Position numbers and translations under genes: made by a program. Source: Selenomonadaceae bacterium (GTDB lineage Bacteria; Bacillota; Negativicutes; Selenomonadales; Selenomonadaceae). Taken from it: DNA of 64,000 nt. The DNA is taken from the NCBI GenBank assembly GCA_017553205.1, contig JAFZMV010000021.1:6571-70570 (forward strand), in the 5' to 3' direction. This document shows positions 1-9,837 of the stretch, in pieces (the first letter of the stretch is position 1; every line of letters starts with the position of its first letter). The notes under the pieces are model-generated. The model was not told the DNA's origin, did no database searches, and worked only from the letters and a program-made list of their open reading frames with translations.

Positions 1-2283
1 GTAATTTCTCCCGCACCGTGTACGAAAAACGGTTTTGTAACTTTCGTAAGTTTCAACACTTTGACAAAAGTTACAGACGAGGCTTTCAGAACTTGGGCAA
101 AAATTGTAAACGCCGTTCCTAATTCCAAACTTTATTTAAAAGGAAAATCTTTCAGAGATCAATTCGGAACCGATTATATTCTCAACAGAATTGAGGCGGC
201 AGGATTATCCAAAGACAGAGTAATTTACGAGCCTGACGAGCAGGAATATCTTCAAAAATATGCTAATGCTGATATTGCTTTGGACACTTTCCCTTATCCC
301 GGCGGCGGCACAACTTGCGACGCTCTTTATATGGGAGTGCCTGTTATAACTTATGTTTCGACTGAAAGACATAATACACGTTTCGGCTATTCCCTTTTAA
401 CAAATGTGGGACTTGGAGAACTTTGTGCATTTTCTGAAGAAGAATATATACAAAAAGCCGTAGACCTTGCGAATGACTGGGACAGAATCAGAGAATATCA
501 TTTGACTCTTCGCAGACAAATGGAAGCGTCGCCGCTTATGAATGATGTTATTTATATGGGAGAAGTTGAACAGGATTACGAGAAAATTTTTAATGCTTGG
601 TTAAATTCTGAAGAACTTCCAGAATTTCCTCAAGAACCCGATCCAATTACAGAAGAACTTGCAGAATATTATTATTCGCGTGCAGAAGAATATTTGAAAT
701 TTGAAGAAGAAAATCCGAGCGTAAATCCTGCACTTTCCGTAAATATAAAACGTGCCCTTTATTATTTTGAACTTGCCGCACAAGCTGATAAAAAACATGA
801 GGCGGAAATTTATTTTAACATTGCCGACTGCAGAAAAAATTTATTGAATTATGCAGGAGCTTATGAGTCTGTTTGTCAGTGCGGAAAAATTATTTATGAG
901 TCAGGAAAAAATCTTGATGAATTTTCAAATAAATTTTTGCAAAAATATCATGATTTGCGTGGAAAACTTTCACTCTTCAGCGGAAATCCTGTTGAATCTG
1001 CAGATAATTATGATAAAGCAGTTCAATTCGCTGATGAGAATTCAAAATTTGCTCCCGCAAGTGCCGCACTTGTCAGCTTAAATTTTTTGGATATGTCCAG
1101 CGAAGACACTATCGAGCCACATTTTGAGTATCAAAAACTTCTTGAAAATATTCAGCCTTTTACGGAATATCATGAACGCGGAGAAAAAATTCGAGTCGGA
1201 TATATTTCTGCAGGTTTCTGTCAAAATGAACTGTTCACCGCACTTTTCGGAATGATAACAACTCAAAATAAAGAAAAATTCGATGTTTACTGCTACAGCT
1301 TAAACAAAAGAGATGATCAATATACAAATGTTTTCAGAGCTCAAGTGCAAAATTTTGTAAATGTCAGGAACTTAAGTTATTTTGAACTCGCGAAAAAAAT
1401 TCATGACGACAAAATTGATATTCTTGTAGATTTGGCTGGACATACTGAAGGAAATATGTTGCCCACACTTGCTTATAAACCCGCTCCAATTCAAATTTCA
1501 GGTTTGGGCTATACTGAAACCACCGGAATGAAATCTGTTGATTATTTTATCACTGATGAAGTTGTAGATCCGCCCGGAGAACATGAAAAATATTTTACTG
1601 AAAAACTTTTGTACATGCCTTGCCAATTTTCTTACGCTCAAAGAACTGACGTAAAAACACCGCAAGCCGCTCCATGCACTCAACGTGACCATGTAACTTT
1701 CGGAACAATTTGCGATTATCATAAAATAAATGATGAAATGTTGCTTGTTTGGAAAGAAATTTTAAATCGCGTTCCGAAATCTGTTTTGATGATGCGTGCT
1801 CAAGAATTTGCCAGTGCCTCTACAATAAATCATGCTTATGCGAGAATGAAAAAATTAGGATTTAACATGGATCAAATTACTTTTCTTCCGCCTGTTCCAA
1901 ATTATTTAGATGAAATGTTGAATCTCGATTTAATTCTTGATTCATATCCATGCGGAATCGGAATAAACACGATTGACGCAATTTATATGGGCGTGCCTGT
2001 TATAACTCTTTACAGTGACAGAAGAAGTACACGTTTCGGACTCAGCATTTTAAAAAGTGCGGACGTTGAAAATCTTGCAGTAAATAATGTTCAAGATTAT
2101 ATTGAACGTGCAGTTGCTCTCGTGAATGATAAAGAGGCTCTCGACGCTCTCCATAAAAATTTACGGGCGTTAATGCAAAAATCTTCCGCATTAAATCCTG
2201 AAAATTATACTAAAATTCTTGAAAGTCATTTTGAAAAAATTTTGGAAACAGAACCAAATTTTTTGACGGCTTTAGGAAAATAA
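1..2283 (+). CDS. GT41 / SPINDLY-family (O-GlcNAc-transferase-like) glycosyltransferase with two tandem catalytic modules; 5' end lies outside the window
   Basis: Frame 1 is open from nt 1 (no stop before the TTG at 61), so the gene continues upstream. Two copies of the GT41 C-terminal module are visible: GFVTFVSFNTLTKV..PNSKLYLKG..FPYPGGGTTCDALYMGVPVIT, and VGYISAGF..HVTFGTICDYHKIN..PKSVLMMR..DSYPCGIGINTIDAIYMGVPVITL. A helical/TPR-like linker joins them. Confidence 0.8.
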   Translation, partial: VISPAPCTKNGFVTFVSFNTLTKVTDEAFRTWAKIVNAVPNSKLYLKGKSFRDQFGTDYILNRIEAAGLSKDRVIYEPDEQEYLQKYANADIALDTFPYPGGGTTCDALYMGVPVITYVSTERHNTRFGYSLLTNVGLGELCAFSEEEYIQKAVDLANDWDRIREYHLTLRRQMEASPLMNDVIYMGEVEQDYEKIFNAWLNSEELPEFPQEPDPITEELAEYYYSRAEEYLKFEEENPSVNPALSVNIKRALYYFELAAQADKKHEAEIYFNIADCRKNLLNYAGAYESVCQCGKIIYESGKNLDEFSNKFLQKYHDLRGKLSLFSGNPVESADNYDKAVQFADENSKFAPASAALVSLNFLDMSSEDTIEPHFEYQKLLENIQPFTEYHERGEKIRVGYISAGFCQNELFTALFGMITTQNKEKFDVYCYSLNKRDDQYTNVFRAQVQNFVNVRNLSYFELAKKIHDDKIDILVDLAGHTEGNMLPTLAYKPAPIQISGLGYTETTGMKSVDYFITDEVVDPPGEHEKYFTEKLLYMPCQFSYAQRTDVKTPQAAPCTQRDHVTFGTICDYHKINDEMLLVWKEILNRVPKSVLMMRAQEFASASTINHAYARMKKLGFNMDQITFLPPVPNYLDEMLNLDLILDSYPCGIGINTIDAIYMGVPVITLYSDRRSTRFGLSILKSADVENLAVNNVQDYIERAVALVNDKEALDALHKNLRALMQKSSALNPENYTKILESHFEKILETEPNFLTALGK

Positions 2284-2325
2284 GCTCATCGAGCGGTAAC
2301 AAAAAATTGACGCATAAATAGCGTA

Positions 2326-2368
2326 ATCCCCCTGAAGGTTCCTCCAAACTCTTCAAGGGGATTTTTTT
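2326..2368 (+). terminator. Intrinsic terminator after the glycosyltransferase gene
   Basis: Hairpin atccccctgaag / cttcaaggggat (11 of 12 bp) followed by TTTTTTT. Confidence 0.7.
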
Positions 2369-2443
2369 ACGCCTGAAACCGCATGGACTCACAATTTCAA
2401 TGTGTACGCGGATTTTATCACGCCCAAATTTTTTTGCAAATTT

Positions 2444-5400
2444 TTATTCAAAGTTGACTTCAGGCAAATTTTCAATAATTTCTAAAGTTTTTAAACTCAC
2501 CGTCATCGAACTTAACAACAATTTCAAAATATATTTTTCGTCGCCTATCTCTTCGCAAAAATCATTCGGATTATTTTCAATTCCGCTCGCATTATCAATT
2601 TTTATCTGATAACGCTCAATTATCCAATCAACAGGACTCCGACCGTTCACCACGTATTCAAAAATTTTTTCAGGAATATTTTTTATCGTGATGAACTCAT
2701 TATATTGCAAAATTTTTTTGTCCGCAGATAATTTCATTTTTTTGCCGATTAAATAATTTTTTTCAGAAATTTCTATCTCAACACACTCCGGCTTTTCAAA
2801 TTTTTCGTAATTCAAATGCACTTCAGCAAGTTCACGTCCGCACTCAGAAATTTTTTTAAATTTTTCCCACTCGTCTACCAAAAAAATTCTCGGCAAACTT
2901 TTTTTCAACTCAGCACTAAATTTCTCTCGATAACTCGGCAAATGCAAAAAGCCATATACATAATAAAAAATTTCTTCCTTCAGACTTTTTGCGTTACAAA
3001 AATTATTTTCACCGATTTTTTGCGTTACAAAAAGTCCGTACTTCTCTCGAGCCAAATTTTCTATAAAATCGCTCACTCCGTCCCGACGTAACGCCATTTC
3101 TGCAAATAAATTCCCCTCTTCTCGCTCATAATAATACAAAGGAAAACACTGAACGTCTCCAATGAAATGTACGTCGCAAATTTTTTTCGTCAAAAAAACT
3201 GAAAAATTTTTTGCTCCGCTGCCCGGTAAACAAATTAAAAGATTTTCGGAATTTTTCTCTGGAAAAAATTTTTTCGTCTGTCCGGGATAATTTATCAAAA
3301 AATCTCCGCGATAAATATTTTCTTCGCAAAATGGTCTGTAATAGCCTCTGAATAAATTTTTTTCGTCAAAAATAATTTTTTCGTCGTTTCGTGCGTGTCG
3401 ATAAAGTTCTCGCGTCCACGAAATTTTTTTTGCGTTCATATCAAAATTTTTTTCGATTTTAAATTTCTCTCGCTGTTCATTATAAAATTCAATCATTGAT
3501 GAAATATTTTTTTGCAAAGATTTTATCGAAAAATTATAAATCCAACTGTCCCGACCTGTTTCAATTCCACGCGAATAAATATTGAAAAAAACTTCCGCAG
3601 AATTATTTTTTTTGTCGCCAAGTAAAATATATTTCTCAAAAATATTTCCGCGTTGATTTATCCAATCATTTTTTTCATTCGGTTCAATTTTTTTAAATTC
3701 ATCGCTCAAAACAGTTTTAATCGCAGAAATTTTTTTAAGTTTTTGCTCGCGTGTCAGATAGTCGCCAATGTCGCAATAAAAAATTTCAGCTTTTTTATTT
3801 TGCGAAGGATTTTTCACTAAAATTGTTATCGCAATCGGAGCACGTGAACCGCTGCCAAAAATATTATCTTTTTCTTTTTTTCTAATTTCGCCTTGAGTGC
3901 GAGCATTTCCACGCAAATTAAAAATATAAATTTCGCTAAATTCTTCAGAAAAATTTTTTCTCAAGCCGTCCATAGCCGCACCGTCCAAAAATCCGGCATT
4001 TGTAACAAAACCAATCACGCCTTCAGAAATTCTGTCAGAAGCCCAGCGAAATGCTTTGATGTAAGAATCGTACAGAGAATTTTTATTTGTGGCGGAAGTA
4101 TTTTTTGCATAAGTTTCAGAAATTCTTGCAGAAATTTTTTCGTAAAAATTATTTTGATTGTTGTCATTTGCAGAGCGTTGACCGACAGAATACGGAGGAT
4201 TTCCGATAATAATTTGAATATTTTCATCAAGTTGATATTGAGAGCGTTGAAAATTTTCTTGAAGAGATTTTTTAAAATCTTCGCCGAGAAAAATTTCTCT
4301 GTCGTAAGCAATTTTATTTTTTTGATTCTCATAAGATTGAAAAGTATCTTGAAAAACAATTCCTTGAAACGGAAAATATTTTTCTGGATTAGAATTAAAA
4401 GCATTTTCAATATTTATGGCGGCGATGTAATAAGCGAGCAAAACAATTTCATTTGCATGAAGTTCGCCGGAAAATTTTCTGAACAAATCTTTTTTTTGAA
4501 TCAAGCCGCTTTGAATCAATCTGACAATAAAAGTTCCCGTGCCTGTGAACGGGTCGAGAATGTGAACATTTTTATCGGACAAAGTTTTTCCGAAATTTTT
4601 TTGCAAAACGTCGTTGACAGAATTTAAAATAAAATCGACGACTTCAACGGGCGTGTAAACAATTCCGAGTTTTGCGGAAGTTTTCGGCAGAGCAATTTTA
4701 AAAAAGCTGTCATAAAGTCGAATCAAAATTTCTTGGCGTTTTTTCCAATCATTTTTTAAATCGCCCATCGCTTTACATTCATTTTTAATTTGTTCGTAAA
4801 GTTTTTGAAAATTTTCGTGGTCTTTGTCAAAATTTTTTTCGTCGAGAAGATTTAAAATTTTTTGCAAAGCCTTCGACACGGGATTTTTTTGAACAAAATA
4901 AAAATTATCAAAAATCGCCTCAAAAATCGGACGCGTTACCAAATGTTGAGCAAGCATCTCAATCGCAGCATTTTCATCAATCGAAGTGCCGAGAGTTTTT
5001 TGCAAATCGGAAATAAAATTATCAAAAATATTTTTTGATTCGTCATCAGTTTCGATTAAATTTTTAATTTGCCGCGTGTGTCGTTCAACAACATCTTTGA
5101 CTTTGTAAGCCCACTGAATCCAATAAAGTTTGTTGCCGAGATTTTCAACAATTCGGGCGTAAATTTTATTTTTGAGATCGTCCCACTTCAAAAAATATTC
5201 GATAAAAATTTGTGGATTGTCTGCAGGTTTTTCAGGAAAAATTTCTTTATTCGGTCTTGCAACAATAATTTTTGAACTTTGCCCGGTATTACGAGTTTTT
5301 TCAATTTCGATATTCATTGCGTCATCATGAGCCCGCAGAGCATTTAAAATTTCAAAAATAATTTTAAAATCGTCGCTGTTTTTCAAAAATTCTTCGGGCT

Positions 5401-7213
5401 TTTGATTCATCGGAATAATGACGGGAATAATAATGTAACCGAATTTTTTATTTGTTGCTTTTCTCATCACTCTGCCGACAGCCTGAATAATTTCGACTTT
5501 AGATTTTCTTGACGACAAAAAAATAATTGAATCGAGAGCAGGAACATCAACGCCTTCAGAAAGGCAACGAACATTATTTAAAATATGACAAGAATTTTTT
5601 TCTGCGGAATTTTTTAATTTTTGAATTTCGATTGAGCGATTATTTGCGGAATATGATCCGTCAACGTGCGAAGAAGAAATTTTTACGAAATGATTTTTTT
5701 CAGAGTCTGACATATCTGCGAAAAATTTTTCTTGAACTTGCGGAAAAATTTCAGCGAATTTTTTTGACGTTACAATATTTTTGCAAAAAGAAACGGCACT
5801 GTGCATAAAATTTTTATCGTCGGCAATAAATTTTTCGGAGTTTTCGTCCATATTTTTTGAAAGAGAAATAATTGAGCCGACAATTTTTAAAGCGTCGTCA
5901 GTTTCCAAAGGTTTTTCGGTGATTTTATTTTTGTCGGTAATTTTTACATTTGCGTTTTTGAGCGAATTTGTCAAAAAAGTTTCGTCAACAGTCAAAACAA
6001 AAACTTTATAATCTGACAAAATATTTTTGCTGACAGCCTCCGCAAAAGAAATTTTGAAAAATTCTTTTCCGAAAGTTTCTTCGTCGTCCATAGACCATAC
6101 AGCCAATTTTTTTTCGTCGTCAGAATCTTTTGTATCAGTTTTAAAAAGCTTTGGCGTTGCAGTCATATAAATTCTTTTTTTCGCGGAAATAAAATTTTCG
6201 TCGTGAACTTTGACAAAATTTGTTTCTTTATCAAAACCTGTCGTTCTGTGAGCCTCGTCGCAAATAATTAAATCGAAATTTAAATTTAATTCGTGAACCA
6301 CGTCGATTGATTGATAAGTTGAAAAAATCACAGTCATTTTATCTGGAGAAAATTTTTCAATTTCGGCAGAAATTTTTTCAGAATCTGTCATGGCAGGAAT
6401 CGGCAAATTTACATCAGTAATTTCGTCGGCTTTACTTCCCGCAGTCGAATCTGAGCAAATACAAATTGCATTGATTGGATTTTCAGAAAAAGTTGCCCAC
6501 TCTTCAATAGTTTGTGACAAAAGCGAAATACTTGGCACGAGAAATAAAATTTTACCGTTTGGAGAAATTTTTTCAGCGATTTTTAAAGAAGTAAAAGTTT
6601 TACCTGTACCGCAAGCCATAATAAGTTGACCGCGAGAATTTTTTTGAAAATGTTCAGCGGCTTTATCGACAGCAATTTTTTGATAATCTTTTAAAGTTCG
6701 AGAAATTTTTGCATTTTCTCCAAAAAATCCGTTGTTCAAAAGTTGCCAATTAACTTGAGCCTGCCGCAAAATTTCAAGATTTATAATTTTTATTTCTGGC
6801 GACTGATTTTTCATCATTTCGAGAGCATTTGCAGAATAATTTTCAGTTGTTGAAATCCAAATTCTTTTTGAGAAAAATTTTTTTCCGTCATCAAATTTTC
6901 TTGCGGAGTTTGAAATAAAAGAATCGACCGCAGATTTTTCAACAGTTGAGTTATCGGAATAAAATTTACACTGCACGGCGACAAAATTTTCGTCAAAAGT
7001 TTTTGCAACCAAGTCGATGCCCAAATCTTTACCGCCCAAATCATTTTTGTAGGGAAAATTTTTCCAGAGCCAAACATTTGAAAATTTTCCGCGAAAAGGT
7101 GCGTAAGTGAGCAAAAAATTTTTCATCAAACGTTCAAAACATTCGCCTTTTTCTTTTTCCGACATGCAAAAAACTTCACGATAATTTTTTAAAAGTTCGT
7201 CAATCGTCGTCAT
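2444..7213 (-). CDS. Type ISP-like single-polypeptide restriction-modification enzyme (Mrr-like nuclease + SF2 translocase + N6-adenine methyltransferase + target recognition region)
   Basis: 1589-aa ORF; ATG at 7213 preceded by AAGGAGG. Motifs in order: PD-(D/E)xK-like GIDLVAK..VAVQCKF; Walker A MACGTGKTF; ICDEAHRT (DEAH); MTATPK; QAVGRVMR; MTase motif I ILDPFTGTGTF; motif IV GNPPYS; then a ~450-aa C-terminal region. Order and size match LlaGI/LlaBIII-type enzymes as I recall them. Confidence 0.8.
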   Translation of the reverse strand: MTTIDELLKNYREVFCMSEKEKGECFERLMKNFLLTYAPFRGKFSNVWLWKNFPYKNDLGGKDLGIDLVAKTFDENFVAVQCKFYSDNSTVEKSAVDSFISNSARKFDDGKKFFSKRIWISTTENYSANALEMMKNQSPEIKIINLEILRQAQVNWQLLNNGFFGENAKISRTLKDYQKIAVDKAAEHFQKNSRGQLIMACGTGKTFTSLKIAEKISPNGKILFLVPSISLLSQTIEEWATFSENPINAICICSDSTAGSKADEITDVNLPIPAMTDSEKISAEIEKFSPDKMTVIFSTYQSIDVVHELNLNFDLIICDEAHRTTGFDKETNFVKVHDENFISAKKRIYMTATPKLFKTDTKDSDDEKKLAVWSMDDEETFGKEFFKISFAEAVSKNILSDYKVFVLTVDETFLTNSLKNANVKITDKNKITEKPLETDDALKIVGSIISLSKNMDENSEKFIADDKNFMHSAVSFCKNIVTSKKFAEIFPQVQEKFFADMSDSEKNHFVKISSSHVDGSYSANNRSIEIQKLKNSAEKNSCHILNNVRCLSEGVDVPALDSIIFLSSRKSKVEIIQAVGRVMRKATNKKFGYIIIPVIIPMNQKPEEFLKNSDDFKIIFEILNALRAHDDAMNIEIEKTRNTGQSSKIIVARPNKEIFPEKPADNPQIFIEYFLKWDDLKNKIYARIVENLGNKLYWIQWAYKVKDVVERHTRQIKNLIETDDESKNIFDNFISDLQKTLGTSIDENAAIEMLAQHLVTRPIFEAIFDNFYFVQKNPVSKALQKILNLLDEKNFDKDHENFQKLYEQIKNECKAMGDLKNDWKKRQEILIRLYDSFFKIALPKTSAKLGIVYTPVEVVDFILNSVNDVLQKNFGKTLSDKNVHILDPFTGTGTFIVRLIQSGLIQKKDLFRKFSGELHANEIVLLAYYIAAINIENAFNSNPEKYFPFQGIVFQDTFQSYENQKNKIAYDREIFLGEDFKKSLQENFQRSQYQLDENIQIIIGNPPYSVGQRSANDNNQNNFYEKISARISETYAKNTSATNKNSLYDSYIKAFRWASDRISEGVIGFVTNAGFLDGAAMDGLRKNFSEEFSEIYIFNLRGNARTQGEIRKKEKDNIFGSGSRAPIAITILVKNPSQNKKAEIFYCDIGDYLTREQKLKKISAIKTVLSDEFKKIEPNEKNDWINQRGNIFEKYILLGDKKNNSAEVFFNIYSRGIETGRDSWIYNFSIKSLQKNISSMIEFYNEQREKFKIEKNFDMNAKKISWTRELYRHARNDEKIIFDEKNLFRGYYRPFCEENIYRGDFLINYPGQTKKFFPEKNSENLLICLPGSGAKNFSVFLTKKICDVHFIGDVQCFPLYYYEREEGNLFAEMALRRDGVSDFIENLAREKYGLFVTQKIGENNFCNAKSLKEEIFYYVYGFLHLPSYREKFSAELKKSLPRIFLVDEWEKFKKISECGRELAEVHLNYEKFEKPECVEIEISEKNYLIGKKMKLSADKKILQYNEFITIKNIPEKIFEYVVNGRSPVDWIIERYQIKIDNASGIENNPNDFCEEIGDEKYILKLLLSSMTVSLKTLEIIENLPEVNFE

Positions 7214-7395
7214 AACAAAACCTCCTTAAAATTTTAGAAAAATATTTTCGACGCAATAAAAAAAATCCCCGCAAAATTTTTTTCACGGAGATTTTTTTGA
7301 TATTGTATTTTCTGTTGCTTTGAGTATGGAGAAAATGTAAAATTATTATCCGATAACATATCGAAATTTGACAAAGTATTTTAAGGAGATTTTTT

Positions 7396-9759
7396 ATGAT
7401 AGAAATTTTTGATGGAGCAATGGGGACAATGTTACAGCAGGGCGGATTAAAAGCCGGAGCATGTCCCGAACTTATGAATATTGAAAGTCCTGAAGTCGTA
7501 AAAAAAATTCATCGTGCTTATATCGACGCAGGCTCAACAATTATTACAACAAATACTTTTGGTGCAAGCAGTTTAAAACTTTCTCATTACGGAATTGCCG
7601 AAAGAATGGAAGAAATAAATTTTGCTGCCGTAAAAATTGCCCGTGAAGTTGCGGAAGATAAAATTAAAATTGCCGGTGATTTGGGACCTACAGGAAAATT
7701 TATTTATCCTCTCGGCGATTTAGATTTTGAGGACGCATATAAAATTTTTTCTGAACAGGCCCAGGCACTTGCAGAGGCTGGAGCAGATTTTTTAATTATT
7801 GAAACCTGCATTGACATTCAAGAAATGCGGGCTGCACTTTTGGCGGCTCATGATGTTTGCAATTTGCCTGTAATTTGTCAACTTTCTTACAGTGAGGACG
7901 GAAGAACGGTAACGGGAACAGATCCGCAGTCGGCGGCAGTAATTCTTGACGCAATGGGAGCGGATATTATCGGAATAAATTGTTCGCTTGGTCCTGAACA
8001 ACTTGTTCCCGTCGTGAAAATTCTTTCCGAAAATACAAATAAAAAAATTTCTGTTCAACCTAATGCGGGCATGCCTTATCTTGAAAACGGCGTTACAAAA
8101 TTTCCGATGGACGCAAAAACTTTTGGCAGTTGGGGCAAAAAACTTGTTGAGGCTGGAGCAAGTTATTTGGGCGGCTGTTGCGGAACCACTCCCGAACATA
8201 TTAGAGAACTTTCAAATAATGTAAAAAATTTGCAAGAAATCGAAAGAAATTTTTCAAAAACTTTAAAACTTTCCAGTCGGAGTAAAACTGTTGAGATTGA
8301 TAAAAATTTGTCAACTGCTTTAATCGGTGAGAGAATAAATCCTACAGGCAGAAAAAAACTTGCCGCAGAAATTCGCGAAGGTTCTTTAATCGGTGTGAAA
8401 CGCGATGCAATTCAGCAAGTTAAAGCGGGTGCGAATGTTTTAGATGTCAATATGGGAGTCGGCGGAATAGATCAAGCCGCGATGATGAAAAAAGCCGTGC
8501 AGGAAATTTCTCAAATTACTGACGCTCCACTTTCGATTGACACTTCAGACGAAAAAGCACTTGAAGCAGGTTTGAGAATTTATCCCGGACGAGCTTTGAT
8601 AAATTCCGTGAGTTTTGAGCCGGACAGAATAAAAAATTTTTTACCGCTTGCAAAAAAATACGGTGCGGCAATTTTAATTTTGCCGTTGACTGAAAAAGGC
8701 GTTCCGAAAACTGCAGAAGAAAGAATCGAAGTCGCAGAAAAAATTTTGGACGAGGCAAAAAAAGTCGGACTGACGGACGGAGATTTTTTACTTGATGCGT
8801 TAGTAATGACAATTTCTGCAGATAAAAATGCTTGCTTGGAAGTTTTGAAAACTTTAAAACTTTATCGCGAAAAATTCGGTTATCCTTCGACAATGGGACT
8901 TTCAAATATTTCTTTCGGACTTCCTAACCGTCCTTTGATAAATTCAACTTTTTTTGCGATGTGTCTTTCAGCAGGTCTTGACGCTCCCATAATGAATCCT
9001 TATGACGAATCAATGCAGAATATTTTAAAAGCAAGTTCGGCACTTATCGGCAAAGATGAAAACGGTTTAGAGTACAGCAAAAATTTTTCAAACATTTCAC
9101 AGACTGTGACGGAGAAAAAAATTATTTCCACAAATATTTTGGACGCTGTGAAAAATGCTGTCATTGAAGGCGAAAAAGATGAAATTGCAGAACTAATCAA
9201 AAAAGCCGTCGCAGAAAATCATGACGCAAACGAAATTACAGAAAAATCTTTAACCGCGGCGATGAATGACATAGGCGAGGACTTTGGAGCGGGAAAAATT
9301 TTTCTTCCGCAAGTTTTATTGAGTGCTGAAACCATGAGAACGGCTTTTGACAAATTGAAAGAACTTTTACCCGCCGCCGATACAAAGAGCGAAGGAACTT
9401 TTGTAATTGCTACCGTCAAGGGCGACATACATGACTTGGGAAAAAATATTACCGGTGCACTTTTGGCGAACAGCGGATTTAATTTGATTGATTTGGGGAA
9501 AGATGTTGACTCTGAAAAAATTGTTCGTGCGGCGATTGAAAATAACGCTGACATTGTAGGACTTTGTGCTTTGATGACAACGACTATGATTCAAATTGAT
9601 AAAGTTATCGAAGATTTGAAAAATGCAGGCTGTAATGCAAAAGTTATGGTCGGCGGAGCGGCTTTAACTCAAGAATATGCAGACAGTGCAGGGGCTGACG
9701 CTTACGCAAAAGACGGAGTTGAAGCTGTGAAACTTGCAAAAAAAATGTTAGAAAAATAA
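7396..9759 (+). CDS. metH: Cobalamin-dependent methionine synthase, short form (Hcy-binding + pterin-binding + B12-binding domains, no reactivation domain)
   Basis: N-terminal homocysteine S-methyltransferase domain (..GGCCGTTPEHI), a central pterin-binding domain, and a C-terminal B12 domain with DxHxxG (GDIHDLGKN). AAGGAG lies upstream of the ATG. Confidence 0.9.
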   Translation: MIEIFDGAMGTMLQQGGLKAGACPELMNIESPEVVKKIHRAYIDAGSTIITTNTFGASSLKLSHYGIAERMEEINFAAVKIAREVAEDKIKIAGDLGPTGKFIYPLGDLDFEDAYKIFSEQAQALAEAGADFLIIETCIDIQEMRAALLAAHDVCNLPVICQLSYSEDGRTVTGTDPQSAAVILDAMGADIIGINCSLGPEQLVPVVKILSENTNKKISVQPNAGMPYLENGVTKFPMDAKTFGSWGKKLVEAGASYLGGCCGTTPEHIRELSNNVKNLQEIERNFSKTLKLSSRSKTVEIDKNLSTALIGERINPTGRKKLAAEIREGSLIGVKRDAIQQVKAGANVLDVNMGVGGIDQAAMMKKAVQEISQITDAPLSIDTSDEKALEAGLRIYPGRALINSVSFEPDRIKNFLPLAKKYGAAILILPLTEKGVPKTAEERIEVAEKILDEAKKVGLTDGDFLLDALVMTISADKNACLEVLKTLKLYREKFGYPSTMGLSNISFGLPNRPLINSTFFAMCLSAGLDAPIMNPYDESMQNILKASSALIGKDENGLEYSKNFSNISQTVTEKKIISTNILDAVKNAVIEGEKDEIAELIKKAVAENHDANEITEKSLTAAMNDIGEDFGAGKIFLPQVLLSAETMRTAFDKLKELLPAADTKSEGTFVIATVKGDIHDLGKNITGALLANSGFNLIDLGKDVDSEKIVRAAIENNADIVGLCALMTTTMIQIDKVIEDLKNAGCNAKVMVGGAALTQEYADSAGADAYAKDGVEAVKLAKKMLEK

Positions 9760-9837
9760 TCTAAAAAAATTTTTCGCTTGTTTTTTTGTATTCGACAAAG
9801 TAAAATTACAACTTGAGGTGATATTTGAAATGTCAAT

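Noticed and set aside
3893-4627. 244-aa plus-strand ORF (and several others at 2816-6629) inside the Type ISP gene.
   Set aside because: It is antisense to a gene with strong motif support. Its low-complexity I/F/K/N-rich translation is typical of shadow ORFs in AT-rich DNA, and it has no RBS.
2326-7300. Similar AATCCCC..GGGGATTTTTTT hairpins on both sides of the Type ISP gene (2326-2368 and about 7259-7300), considered as insertion boundaries or TIRs.
   Set aside because: They share only the generic C-run/G-run/T-run of terminators, are in direct rather than inverted orientation, and have no flanking homology or target duplication.
7214-7395. Looked for a SAM/S-box riboswitch or T-box leader upstream of metH.
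   Set aside because: No conserved cores are visible. The region is A/T-rich with only one weak hairpin.
7396-9759. MetH lacks the C-terminal AdoMet reactivation domain.
   Set aside because: To my knowledge the short three-module form is common in anaerobic Firmicutes and Thermotogae, so this is not unusual.
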